From Propionibacteriaceae bacterium (GTDB taxonomy: Bacteria > Actinomycetota > Actinomycetes > Propionibacteriales > Propionibacteriaceae), in contig DATDKX010000292.1 in assembly GCA_036519615.1 (NCBI GenBank), positions 1 to 46,735 of the forward strand: a stretch of 46,735 nt of DNA, read 5' to 3'. Position numbers and translations under genes: made by a program. Shown here piece after piece: positions 7,516-17,079 of this stretch (position 1 is its first letter; every line of letters begins with the position of its first letter). The notes below the pieces were generated by a model. It had not been told where the DNA came from and did no database searches. It worked only from the letters and a program-made list of their open reading frames with translations.

Positions 7516-9019
7516 AGCGAATCCACGTTGTCTTGAGATAGGTGTATTCCTCCATCGCGTGGCGGGACTTGTCGCGGCCGAAGCCAGACAGCTTGACTCC
7601 GCCGAACGGCACCGCCATGTCGCCCTCCTCGTAGCAGTTGACCCAAACGATTCCCGCCCGAAGCGCCCGAGACACCCGATGCGCGGTACCAAGATCAGAA
7701 GTCCAGAGCGCCGCCGCCAGGCCGTACGGCGTGTCCCCCGCGAGGCGTACCGCCTCGTCCTCGTCTCGAGCTACCTGGACGGCAAGCACCGGTCCGAAGA
7801 TCTCATCGCGCACTATCGGGTTGTCCGGGCTGGCACCGGTCACCACGGTCGGTTCGAGGTACGCTCCCCCAGTCTCGGTCAGCACCCGCTGCCCACCGAC
7901 TCGCAGCGTGGCGCCCCCGGCGAGACCTTGATCGATATGCCCCAGCACGCGCAGCAAGCTGCGCTCGTCAACCAGCGGTCCCATCTTCGTATCGGGCAGC
8001 AGCGGATCGTTGGGAAACCACTGGCCCGACGTTTCAACGATCCGATCAACCACCCGATCTGCCACATCAGCATGGATCACGAGCCGCGAGCCGGCCGTAC
8101 ACATTTCACCGGAATTGAAATAGATCGCCCAGGCGGCCCAGTCCGCAGCGGCATCGAGGTCCGGGGCGTCAGGAAGGATGATGTTGGGTGATTTCCCACC
8201 CAGCTCGAGATAGACCCGCTTGAGGTTGCTGTCGGCCGCGTAGCGGAGGAAGTGCCGACCGACCTCGGTAGATCCAGTGAAGGTCAGGACGTCAACGTCG
8301 GGGTGCTCACCGAGCCGGCGTCCGACTACCGGCCCGTCGCCGCTGAGCACATTGAAAACCCCCGGCGGCAGCCCGGCCGCGGCCCCGAGCTCGGCCACCC
8401 GTTGCATGGACAGCGGGGACTGCTCCGCAGTCTTGAGTACGACTGTGCAGCCGGCTGCGAGAGCCGGCGCGAACTTCCAACTGCCCAAGGTCAAGGGGAA
8501 GTTCCACGGGACAACGGCACCAACAACGCCGGCGGGCTCGCGAGTAACCAGGGCCAGCTCGCCCTCCTCCGTAGGCGGAATCTGACCGGACTCCTTGTCT
8601 GCCAGCTCACCGTAGAAGCGCAGGCATCGGATGATCGCCCGCAGCTCTATCTGGTACGCGTCTCGGATCGGCTTGCCCATTTCGAGGCTGATCAACAGAG
8701 CTATCTCATCACGGTGCTGCTCGATCAGGTCCGCAAATTCTTGCAAGATCTGGCCACGGTCCCGCGGGTGCATTCGTGACCAGGGACCATGATCAAATGC
8801 CTCCCGGGCGGCCGCGACGGCTGCATCGGCGTCGGCGGGCTGGGCCCACGCCAACTCGATGAGCTTGGAGCCGTCTCGCGCCGACTGCACCGCCTTTGTT
8901 GAGCCATCGATCGCTGCGCGGCGCTCACCGCCGATAAACATGCCCTCATTGATGGTTAGATCGGCCGCTCGTTGCCGCCAGTCAATAGCTGTCACCGGGT
9001 CCGAAACCGCTGCCGTCAT
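7508..9019 (-). CDS. Aldehyde dehydrogenase, PuuC-like
   Basis: PWNFP, FTGSTEVG, SNLKRVYLELGGKSP, NSGEMCTAGSR, EIFGPV, GRDKSRHAMEEYT. Confidence 0.9.
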   Translation of the reverse strand: MTAAVSDPVTAIDWRQRAADLTINEGMFIGGERRAAIDGSTKAVQSARDGSKLIELAWAQPADADAAVAAAREAFDHGPWSRMHPRDRGQILQEFADLIEQHRDEIALLISLEMGKPIRDAYQIELRAIIRCLRFYGELADKESGQIPPTEEGELALVTREPAGVVGAVVPWNFPLTLGSWKFAPALAAGCTVVLKTAEQSPLSMQRVAELGAAAGLPPGVFNVLSGDGPVVGRRLGEHPDVDVLTFTGSTEVGRHFLRYAADSNLKRVYLELGGKSPNIILPDAPDLDAAADWAAWAIYFNSGEMCTAGSRLVIHADVADRVVDRIVETSGQWFPNDPLLPDTKMGPLVDERSLLRVLGHIDQGLAGGATLRVGGQRVLTETGGAYLEPTVVTGASPDNPIVRDEIFGPVLAVQVARDEDEAVRLAGDTPYGLAAALWTSDLGTAHRVSRALRAGIVWVNCYEEGDMAVPFGGVKLSGFGRDKSRHAMEEYTYLKTTWIRYG

Positions 9020-9035
9020 CCGGCCCCTTCCAGGC

Positions 9036-9078
9036 TTGACGAATTGATCAAATCCCAATACGTTTGGGCCCTAACGAT
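9036..9078 (+). promoter_or_regulatory. SigA-type promoter TTGACG-N17-TACGTT with operator copy 5 (TACGTTTGGGCCCTAACGAT, 9059-9078)
   Basis: Near-consensus -35/-10 with 17-nt spacer; the palindrome covers the -10 hexamers of both divergent ALDH genes. Confidence 0.75.
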
Positions 9079-9129
9079 ACTGGATCGGGCCAGCAGGACG
9101 TCAACCCGGGTCGGCGCAGAAGGGGAACG

Positions 9130-10596
9130 ATGACGACGGCGACGGTCGAGGACGTAGAGGTCGACACCCGGCACTGGATCGGCGGCGAACGGGTCGCTTC
9201 CGACACCACATTCACCGACATCTCCCCGATCGATGAGAAGCCCGTCGCTGAGATCTCTGCCGGCGGCGCCGCCGAGGTCGACATGGCCGTACGCGCTGCC
9301 CAGGAGGCCTTCCCCGATTGGGCCGCGCTGCCACGAGAAGAGCGGGCTGACCTGCTCCGCAAGGTAGCCGATGGCATTGACGCCCGCGCCGAGGAACTGG
9401 CCCGCGTTGAGACGCGTGACAACGGGTCTTTGCTGCGATCTCACCGGCGCAGTGTGATGCCTCGAGTCGGGATGAACTTTCGCTTCTTTGCTGACTTTCT
9501 GGAAAAGCTCGACCACCCAGGCGGTGAAATCCGCGGTCACCGGGAACGCGTGACCTACGACCCAGCTGGCGTAACGGCGATCATTACGCCATGGAACGCG
9601 CCGCTGATGCTGGCCACCTGGCGAATCGGGCCTGCACTCGCTGCCGGCAATACCGTCGTCGCAAAGCCGCCGGAGTGGGCTCCCCTTACCGCGTCACTGC
9701 TCGCCGACATTACCCACGAGGCCGGGCTCGCGCCCGGCGTCTTCAATGTCGTCCAAGGCTCCGGCACTGAGGCTGGGGCGCCGCTGACCGCACACCCCGG
9801 CCTCCGCCGGCTGGCGTTCACCGGCTCTGTCCCTACAGCGGGAGTGATCGCCAAGGCTGCGGCACCCAACATCGTGCCCTTGTCCTTCGAGCTTGGCGGC
9901 AAGTCGCCGCTCGTAGTCTTCGCCGAGTCTGACTTTGATCTTGCCGTCAGTCTGGCGGTCGAGCAGTTCGACAATTCGGGGCAGGTCTGTCTCGGCGCAT
10001 TCCGGATTCTCGTTGAAGACTCGATCGCCGAGCGCTTCGCCGAGGCTGTACTGGCCAAGGCGAAGACGATCGTGCAAGGTGACCCGCGCGACGAGACGAC
10101 TGACATGTCCTGCTTGATTACCAGGCAGCACTTCGAGAGGGTTGACGGCTTCGTACGGCGTGCGCAGGCGGCCGGTGCCCGGACGATTCTGGGCGGTGGG
10201 CGCAATTCCGAACTCGGCCATCTCTATTACCTGCCTACGATCTTGATCGATGCCGAACCGGGTAGCGAGATCTTGACCGAGGAGGTCTTCGGCCCAGTCC
10301 TCACCATCCAAAGCTTTTCCAGCGAACAGCAGGCGGTTGAGATGGCCAACAGCACCCGGTTCGGACTGGCGGCGACCCTGGTGACTGGTGATCAAGATCG
10401 GGCGGAGCGGGTGAGCGCTCGGCTCAACGCCGGAACAGTGTGGGTGAACTGCTTCTTCGTCCGCGATCTTGGCGCGCCATTCGGGGGCAATGGCAGGTCC
10501 GGGATCGGGCGCGAAGGCGGCATTTACTCCTTCGACTTCTACACCGACATCAAGAACACCGTGTTCTCCCCCAAGGGCTGGACCACGAACAACTAG
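9130..10596 (+). CDS. Aldehyde dehydrogenase, hydroxymuconic-semialdehyde dehydrogenase type (HpaE-like)
   Basis: ITPWNAPLML, KPPEWAPLTA, FELGGKSP, GQVCLG, VRDLGAPFGG--SGIGREGG-YSFDFY. Confidence 0.9.
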   Translation: MTTATVEDVEVDTRHWIGGERVASDTTFTDISPIDEKPVAEISAGGAAEVDMAVRAAQEAFPDWAALPREERADLLRKVADGIDARAEELARVETRDNGSLLRSHRRSVMPRVGMNFRFFADFLEKLDHPGGEIRGHRERVTYDPAGVTAIITPWNAPLMLATWRIGPALAAGNTVVAKPPEWAPLTASLLADITHEAGLAPGVFNVVQGSGTEAGAPLTAHPGLRRLAFTGSVPTAGVIAKAAAPNIVPLSFELGGKSPLVVFAESDFDLAVSLAVEQFDNSGQVCLGAFRILVEDSIAERFAEAVLAKAKTIVQGDPRDETTDMSCLITRQHFERVDGFVRRAQAAGARTILGGGRNSELGHLYYLPTILIDAEPGSEILTEEVFGPVLTIQSFSSEQQAVEMANSTRFGLAATLVTGDQDRAERVSARLNAGTVWVNCFFVRDLGAPFGGNGRSGIGREGGIYSFDFYTDIKNTVFSPKGWTTNN

Positions 10597-10646
10597 CACC
10601 CGAACCGCATTCACGGACATCGGCTTACAGCGAAAGGACCATGATC

Positions 10647-11600
10647 ATGGGCGAGGTGGTGGGCGCAGGTTTGATCGCACATGTCCCGACGATCGTGCTG
10701 CCGGAGGCGACTCGCCGCGAGTTGAACAATGGACAGGACACCACATTGGTGCCTGGGCTCCAGCAGCTGCGAAGAGAGGTCTTCGAGACCCTCGACTACG
10801 ACACCGTAGTCGTGCTGGATTCGCACTGGGCGACGACGGTGGAGTTCGTCGTCACCGCGCAGGAGCGGCGCAAAGGTCTCTTCACGTCCGAGGAACTTCC
10901 GCGAGGAATGAGCCAGCGGCCCTACGACATTCTGGGAGATCCCGAGCTCGCCCACGTAATCGCGTCCAAGGCAAATGATCATGCTACCTGGATCACCGCG
11001 ATCTCCGATGATCATTTACCGATCTTCTACGCCACGACAAACCTGTGGGAGTTCCTTGGGCAGGGTTTGCCCGACAAGAGGTGGCTCTCGATTGGCGTCT
11101 GCCAGACGGCCGATACCGAGGACAATCTGCGGCTGGGACGCGCACTGGGTGACGCAATCGCCGAGAGCGATCGCAAGGTCGTGCTCTTGGCCTCGGGAGC
11201 GCTCAGCCACACATTCTGGCCGCTACGGGAATTGCGCAAGCACGAGGCAGCCGGGATCGAGCACATCTTTACCCCCGAGGCGGCTGCCGCCGACGCGCAG
11301 CGGATGCAGTGGTTCGAGGCTGGTGATCATGTCCGGGTCTTGGAGACTATGCCGGAGTTCTACCGATTCCGGCCCGAGGCACGGTTTGGGCACTACCTGA
11401 TGATGATCGGCGCAATCGGTGAGGGCGACTGCACGGCCACGGGCCGGCGCTACGGAGAGTATGAGAACTCAGTCGGCACCGGCCAGGTTCACTACTGGTT
11501 CGACAGGCCCGAGGGCGGCTTTCCGCGGCCACGCCGTACTCCTGATGACCCCAATGTCGCCCAACAGGTCGCAGGTCCCGATCTGCCCGCGGCTGGCTGA
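10647..11600 (+). CDS. LigB-fold extradiol ring-cleavage dioxygenase, 3,4-dihydroxyphenylacetate 2,3-dioxygenase (HpaD)-like
   Basis: AHVP, DSHW, TSEELP, GDPELA, LASGALSH, GTGQV as recalled for E. coli HpaD; RBS AAAGGA. Confidence 0.85.
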   Translation: MGEVVGAGLIAHVPTIVLPEATRRELNNGQDTTLVPGLQQLRREVFETLDYDTVVVLDSHWATTVEFVVTAQERRKGLFTSEELPRGMSQRPYDILGDPELAHVIASKANDHATWITAISDDHLPIFYATTNLWEFLGQGLPDKRWLSIGVCQTADTEDNLRLGRALGDAIAESDRKVVLLASGALSHTFWPLRELRKHEAAGIEHIFTPEAAAADAQRMQWFEAGDHVRVLETMPEFYRFRPEARFGHYLMMIGAIGEGDCTATGRRYGEYENSVGTGQVHYWFDRPEGGFPRPRRTPDDPNVAQQVAGPDLPAAG

Positions 11601-11626
11601 GGTCACCTACCACACAAGGAGGAGCC

Positions 11627-12487
11627 ATGCCGCTCCGCGAGACGCGCCGCATCCTGCTGGATGGCAACATCACCGACGTCGTCCCCGACGGAGATCAGTT
11701 GGTGGCCGGCGATGGCCGCCGAGTCGGCGTTCAGGATGCTGTTCATCTGGCACCGGTTGTGCCGTCCAAGATCATCTGTGTCCACCTGAACTACTCCTCC
11801 CGTGTGAAGGAGATGATGGTGTCGCTGCCGCCGGCGCCGACGTACTTCCACAAGCCGGTGTCCGCGCTGAACGCTCACGAGTCCGCGGTCGTCAGACCCC
11901 TCGGCTGCAAGTGGTTGAACTACGAAGGTGAGATCGCGATCGTGATCGGTCGCACAACCCGAAACATCTCCGCGGACGAGGCTCCCGATTACATTCGCGG
12001 TTACTCCATTGCCAACGACTACGGCCTACACGATTTTCGCGATACCGACTCCGGCTCGATGCTCCGGGTGAAAGGCTCTGACACGCTGTGCCCGGTTGGC
12101 CCGGGGCTCGTTGAGGGTTGGGACTTCCATGGCAAGCAAATCCGAACTGTGGTCAATGGAGAGGTCCGTCAGGACGGCAACACCAACGAAATGAAATGGG
12201 ACATGCACTACCTGGTGGCCGACATCGCCCGCACCATCACACTGCAGCCAGGCGACATCCTGCTGTCCGGTACGCCGGCGATTTCACGCACGGTCTACCC
12301 AGGGGACGTAGTGGAAGTCGAGGTGGAGGGTCTGGGCACCCTGCGTAACCACATCGTCGAAGGACCCACCCCTATCCGCAGCGATGTAGGGGCTCAACCA
12401 ACCGAATCCGAAGAGGTGCTGTCCACCGCCAAAGGCGGGGACTGGGAATTTCGCGGCGTCCGCAAGCCGCAACCTTCTGCGCGCTGA
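11627..12487 (+). CDS. Fumarylacetoacetate hydrolase-family protein (HpaG-like)
   Basis: KIICVHLNY, FHKP, YEGEIAIVIG, ANDYG, LQPGDILLSGTP, GLGTLRN. Confidence 0.9.
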   Translation: MPLRETRRILLDGNITDVVPDGDQLVAGDGRRVGVQDAVHLAPVVPSKIICVHLNYSSRVKEMMVSLPPAPTYFHKPVSALNAHESAVVRPLGCKWLNYEGEIAIVIGRTTRNISADEAPDYIRGYSIANDYGLHDFRDTDSGSMLRVKGSDTLCPVGPGLVEGWDFHGKQIRTVVNGEVRQDGNTNEMKWDMHYLVADIARTITLQPGDILLSGTPAISRTVYPGDVVEVEVEGLGTLRNHIVEGPTPIRSDVGAQPTESEEVLSTAKGGDWEFRGVRKPQPSAR

Positions 12488-12499
12488 AATGGAGCACTC

Positions 12500-14023
12500 A
12501 TGACGCACCCGCCAGGTTTACCCGCGGAAGACGCCGCAACCACCTCCGACATTGCCCGACGCGACTCTTATCAGCTCCGGCACGGTCGCCTTGGGGTGTT
12601 CGCCGTTGCCTTCTTCGTCATCTCCGCCGCGGCCCCGCTGACCGCCATGGCCGGGGGCGCCCCCGTCGCTATGCTCCTGGGCAACGGTCCTGGAATTCCG
12701 CCGGCTTACCTAGTGGTGAGCCTGATCTTGCTGATCTTTTCGGTCGGCTACACCGCGATGGCACGTCACCACACCAGCACCGGGGCCTTCTACAGCTTCG
12801 TCGCTCGCGGCCTGAGGCAGCCGGCGGGCGGCGCCGCTGCGATGATCGCCCTGCTCGGTTACAACGCGATGCAGATCGGCCTGTATGGCTTGTTCGCTGC
12901 TGCCGCCGCTGGATTTTTCAGCGACAATCTCGGGATCAATCTGCCGTGGTGGGTCTACGCGTTCATTGCTATGGCGATCATCGCCGTGCTGGGCTATCGG
13001 CAGGTTGATCTTTCGGTCAAGGTGCTCTCGATCTTGGTCAGTCTGGAGTTCTTGATCGTCCTCATTCTCGATGCGGCGATCTTGATCAAGGGCGGCCAAG
13101 GCGGCACCGCACCCTTGACCGCTACTCCTTTTACCTGGGCGAGCTTCACAAGTGGCTCGGTGGCCATCGCCCTGCTGTTCAACTTTGCGTCCTTCATCGG
13201 TTTTGAGGCCACCACCATCTACAGCGAGGAGGCCAGGGAGCCCAAGCGGACCGTGCCGCGGGCAACGTATGTCGCCGTCCTGACGATCGGCGTCTTCTAC
13301 ACCATCACCACGTACCTCATGGTCGAAGGCCAGGGCGCCGCAGGCTTGCAGGAGTACCTAGGCGGCCTGCAGCCTGATCCGACGGCGTTCTTATTCGCCC
13401 TGGGTTCGACCTACATCGGAGCGGCGCTCACCACTGTTATGTCGTTGTTGTTCATCTCCAGCGTCTTCGCAGCCTTGTTGGCCTTCCACAACGCTGTGGC
13501 GCGGTACCTGTATGCGCTTGGTCGCGAAGGTCTGGTGCCTGCCCGGCTGGGCCGTACCCATACCAAGCACCTGAGTCCGCATACTGGATCGCTCAGCCAG
13601 TCGATCTTGGCTTTCGTCGTCGTCTTGATCTTCGTCATTACTCGGCAAGACCCGGTCCTGGCATTGTTCACCTGGCTCACCCAGCTCGGCACTCTGGCAA
13701 TCATCGTGCTGATGGCCTTGGCTTCATTTGCCGTCGTGACGTTCTTCGCCCGCCATCGAGACTTCGATCGCAACGTAGCTCGTACTACCGTTGCGCCGAT
13801 CGTTGGTGGCGTTGCGATGACCGGAGTCGCTATCTATGCGGCCTCTCAATTTGGGTTGCTGATCGGCAATCCGGACAGTCCGCTGCGCTGGATTCTGCCT
13901 GCGTTGATCTTGGTTGCTGCCATCGCTGGGGTCATCGCGGCGTTCACTCTGAAGAGCCGCTCGCCGGAGTTGTACACCCAGATGGGTCGGCATCGCGACA
14001 TTGAGCTGACTCCGGGCCTCTAA
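12500..14023 (+). CDS. APC-superfamily amine/amino acid permease
   Basis: About 12 hydrophobic segments, SAAAPL, GAFYSF, SFIGFEATTIYSEEAREPKRTVPRA. Confidence 0.9.
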   Translation: MTHPPGLPAEDAATTSDIARRDSYQLRHGRLGVFAVAFFVISAAAPLTAMAGGAPVAMLLGNGPGIPPAYLVVSLILLIFSVGYTAMARHHTSTGAFYSFVARGLRQPAGGAAAMIALLGYNAMQIGLYGLFAAAAAGFFSDNLGINLPWWVYAFIAMAIIAVLGYRQVDLSVKVLSILVSLEFLIVLILDAAILIKGGQGGTAPLTATPFTWASFTSGSVAIALLFNFASFIGFEATTIYSEEAREPKRTVPRATYVAVLTIGVFYTITTYLMVEGQGAAGLQEYLGGLQPDPTAFLFALGSTYIGAALTTVMSLLFISSVFAALLAFHNAVARYLYALGREGLVPARLGRTHTKHLSPHTGSLSQSILAFVVVLIFVITRQDPVLALFTWLTQLGTLAIIVLMALASFAVVTFFARHRDFDRNVARTTVAPIVGGVAMTGVAIYAASQFGLLIGNPDSPLRWILPALILVAAIAGVIAAFTLKSRSPELYTQMGRHRDIELTPGL

Positions 14024-14070
14024 GGCGTCCTCGCTGCGAATTCGTACTGGCGATGGAGGAGGATGTCCAC

Positions 14071-14511
14071 GTGCTCAGGTTGAAGTCGCCGGCCTTTGAC
14101 GATGGCCAGGAAATGGCTCAGAAATACGGAAACAAGGTGGACAACATCTCGCCTCCCTTGGAGTGGGACGGTACGCCGGAGGGCACCAAAGCGCTAGCGC
14201 TCGCCTGCGTTGATATCCATCCGGTGGCCAGAAACTACGTGCATTGGTTGGTCGCTGACATCAGCCCGCAGAGCAACTCCCTGCCCGAGGGAGCGGCTAG
14301 CGCCCGCAGTCCGGGATTCACCGAGATCAAGCCGTACATTGGTCCCTTCCCGCCATCTGGGACACATGACTACGAGTTCACCCTGTACGCCCTGCGAGTC
14401 GAGAGGCTCGGCGTACGGCCAGGGGCGACCTTGCAGCAGTTCAGGCAAGCCGCCACCCAGAACTCCCTTGCCACTGCCACGCTGATCGGAAAGTTCACCA
14501 AGACCAGATAG
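14071..14511 (+). CDS. YbhB/YbcL (PEBP/RKIP-like) protein
   Basis: SPAF-DG, SPPLEW, HWLV, GPFPPSGTHDYEFTLYAL; GTG after GGAGGA RBS. Confidence 0.85.
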   Translation: MLRLKSPAFDDGQEMAQKYGNKVDNISPPLEWDGTPEGTKALALACVDIHPVARNYVHWLVADISPQSNSLPEGAASARSPGFTEIKPYIGPFPPSGTHDYEFTLYALRVERLGVRPGATLQQFRQAATQNSLATATLIGKFTKTR

Positions 14512-14520
14512 ACGTCGACC

Positions 14521-15354
14521 TCACGAACTCCACTTCTCGCCGGTGAGCTGGTCAAAGATCTCCACATAACGAGCACGCGTTTCGGCCACCACATCCGGCG
14601 GGACCGGCGGTCCGGGATAGGTGCGATCCCAATCGCTCAATGAGGCCGACCAGTCCCTCAGATACTGCTTGTCATAAGACCACTGTGGCCTGCCCGGTTG
14701 ATACTCAGCTACCTTCCAAAACCGCGACGAGTCCGGCGTCAAAATCTCATCGGCCAAGATCAACGAACCGGCTGTGTCCCGGCCGAACTCCAGCTTCGTG
14801 TCTGCGATGATCACCCCACGCTCCCTGGCGATCTCAGCACCGCGTGAATAGATAGCCAATGTCAACCGTTCAAGATCATCCGCCGCCTGCGGACCAACCA
14901 GATCGCCGACTTCAGCCATGGTCATGAATTCGTCATGTCCGACTTCGGCCTTCGTGGTCGGAGTAAAGACTGGTTCGGGGAGCCGGTCAGCCTCTAACAA
15001 ACCCGGCGGGAACTCAACACCGGAAATGGAACCCGTCGCCCGGTAGCTTTCCAGACCCAGCCCAGCGAGATAGCCGCGGGCGATGCACTCCACCGGCACC
15101 ATGTCGAGGCGCCGACAACGAATCGCACGACCCTTCCACTCCGGTGGGACATCCTCGCTCAGCACATGATTCGGCACCAGATCCGCTACCTGACCAAACC
15201 ACCAGAGCGACAGCTGCGTCAAAATCGCACCCTTGTCCGGAATCGGTGTTGGCAGCACCACGTCATAGACCGACACCCGATCCGTGGCAACCAAGATCAG
15301 ATCGTCCCCGTCGGCGTAGACATCGCGAACTTTGCCTTGACGAATCAGCTCCAC
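14521..15354 (-). CDS. purC: Phosphoribosylaminoimidazole-succinocarboxamide (SAICAR) synthase
   Basis: GKVRDVY, ATDRVSVYD, PVECIARGYL, FTPTTKA, ADTKLEFG, DEILTPDSSRFW, DKQYLRDW; start reassigned to GTG at 15354. Confidence 0.95.
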   Translation of the reverse strand: MELIRQGKVRDVYADGDDLILVATDRVSVYDVVLPTPIPDKGAILTQLSLWWFGQVADLVPNHVLSEDVPPEWKGRAIRCRRLDMVPVECIARGYLAGLGLESYRATGSISGVEFPPGLLEADRLPEPVFTPTTKAEVGHDEFMTMAEVGDLVGPQAADDLERLTLAIYSRGAEIARERGVIIADTKLEFGRDTAGSLILADEILTPDSSRFWKVAEYQPGRPQWSYDKQYLRDWSASLSDWDRTYPGPPVPPDVVAETRARYVEIFDQLTGEKWSS

Positions 15355-15427
15355 ACGCAGGGTTCTAGCACATCGTTGCCCGCACCAGTGTGAAGCACTG
15401 GGATAACCAGGCACTCCCCGAATGAGA

Positions 15428-15488
15428 ACGCGCTGCGAGCATCGGCAATCGCGCGCGGATTCAACGCGCGATGTGCGAGCAGCGCACA
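15428..15488. repeat. Dispersed structured repeat copy A (stem-GCTCGC...GCTCGC-stem as read on the minus strand)
   Basis: Reverse complement TGTGCGCTGCTCGCACATC...GCTCGCAGCGCGT aligns with 26313-26372. Confidence 0.6.
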
Positions 15489-15489
15489 C

Positions 15490-15536
15490 AAAAAAAGAGA
15501 CACGAACGTCTCAGCTCTGGTGAGTCTGAGACGTTC
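15490..15536 (-). terminator. Intrinsic terminator after csbD
   Basis: 11-bp stem GAACGTCTCAG/CTGAGACGTTC followed on the minus strand by a T7 tract. Confidence 0.7.
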
Positions 15537-15560
15537 GGGTCCCCTGTGTGTTGGTGCTAG

Positions 15561-15803
15561 TTACCGCAGGGTGTCATCCCTGTCGCTGTCAAACTTTGTC
15601 GCACCGCTTGCCGAACGGAGGGCATCGGCCACGTCATCGCCGGTGTCCTTGACATTCTCGCCAGCCTGCTTGACGTCAGCCTTGGCTTCCTGCGTACGCC
15701 CCTCGGCTTCGAGATCCCGGTTGTCGGTTGCATCGCCCACGGTTGCCTTGGCCTTGCCGGCGAGCTCTTCGGCCTTGTCCTTTGCCTTGTCACCGATACC
15801 CAT
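15561..15803 (-). CDS. CsbD-family general stress protein
   Basis: DKAKDKAEELAGKAKATVGDATDNRDLEAEG; RBS GGAGG. Confidence 0.9.
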   Translation of the reverse strand: MGIGDKAKDKAEELAGKAKATVGDATDNRDLEAEGRTQEAKADVKQAGENVKDTGDDVADALRSASGATKFDSDRDDTLR

Positions 15804-15860
15804 AAGAACCTCCCTGTTCTGGTCGCGTCGGTCGTGCCCCGCGCACCTTGAGCGGAGCGG

Positions 15861-17024
15861 CTAGTCCTCACTTACCCAATCTCGGAGAAGGTCAACACCT
15901 GAGCGAGCCGAGACAGACATTTCCGAGGAGATCACCGCGACGGGGACCGTTTGGATTGTGTTGTTGGCAAAACCGCCACGACTCCACCGTTGCCCGAGCG
16001 GCTGAGTCCGGCCGCTGGCATCCGTTGCCCGCGTGGACAGCAGGTAACTGCCCGGCTCTGCCTGCCACGTCCACGTCCAATGTGCCCAGCCGTGGGAGTC
16101 CAGCGCCTGCTCAAGATCAGCAACCTCCCAGCTATCTCCTCCGTCGAGGCTGACCTGCACCATGGTGATGCGAGCCCAGCCCGACCAGGCACGACCCTCA
16201 ATCGTGACCGTGCCGGACCGCAGAACGCGCCGGCGGGACATGAAGTCGGGGAAGCCAGGTGGAACCAATAAGGCTCGCGGCTCGATCCGCGTTAATGGAA
16301 TCCCAGGCTCGTCAGGGGCGTCACGTAATCGGTAGGCCCGCATCTGGAATCCGTCGAACTGCTCCGGAACAACGGTGATGCGACGCAGCCACTTCACGTG
16401 CGCCATGCCGTACCAACCCGGAACGATCAGCCGGAGCGGAGCCCCGTGCTGGGGAGGAAGCGGCGCACCGTTCATCTCGTACGCGAGCATGACGTTCTCG
16501 CTCATCGCTTCGGATATCGGCAGCGCCCGTTGGTAATCCTGTTCCAGCCCTCGCTCGATGCCGTGATCAGCGCCGGTGAAGACGACATCGACGGCGCCGT
16601 CGTCGATTCCGGCCTCCCGCAGCAAGCTCGCCAGCGGCGTACCGGTCCAGCGGGCGGTGCCAACTGCCTCCGACAGCCACGGTTGGCTGACTGGACGCGG
16701 TAGCAGTTGTGCCCGGCCGTTTCCGGCACATTCGAGCGTCACTACTGATGAGACTTGGCGCCGACTCTTGATCGCCTCCAGATCCAGGGAGAGTGGCGTC
16801 TTGACTAGGCCGTCGATGACCAGCTCAAACGTGTTCGGATCGATCGCTGGAATGTCGTAATGAATGAGCAAGTAGTGCATTCCCGGTGGAGTGATGTCCC
16901 ACCGCAGTGACTCCAACGGCATACCGTGGTTTCGAGCGGCCAGCTGGAGCTCCTCGGCGGAGATGCCCTCCTCGGGATTCGCGACTCGGGCAGGCGAACT
17001 AAGGCTCTCGAGATCGATGGTCAC
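15861..17024 (-). CDS. Sulfite oxidase-family molybdopterin oxidoreductase
   Basis: TLECAGN, WTGTPL, AYEMNGAPLPPQHGAPLRLIVPGWYGMAHVKWL, C-terminal Ig-like dimerisation domain; GTG at 17024 after GAAAGGA. Confidence 0.9.
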   Translation of the reverse strand: MTIDLESLSSPARVANPEEGISAEELQLAARNHGMPLESLRWDITPPGMHYLLIHYDIPAIDPNTFELVIDGLVKTPLSLDLEAIKSRRQVSSVVTLECAGNGRAQLLPRPVSQPWLSEAVGTARWTGTPLASLLREAGIDDGAVDVVFTGADHGIERGLEQDYQRALPISEAMSENVMLAYEMNGAPLPPQHGAPLRLIVPGWYGMAHVKWLRRITVVPEQFDGFQMRAYRLRDAPDEPGIPLTRIEPRALLVPPGFPDFMSRRRVLRSGTVTIEGRAWSGWARITMVQVSLDGGDSWEVADLEQALDSHGWAHWTWTWQAEPGSYLLSTRATDASGRTQPLGQRWSRGGFANNTIQTVPVAVISSEMSVSARSGVDLLRDWVSED

Positions 17025-17079
17025 CGGTGATCCTTTCGGCACTCTCAATGTAACTCCGCCGCCCGAAAGCGATCGCCGG

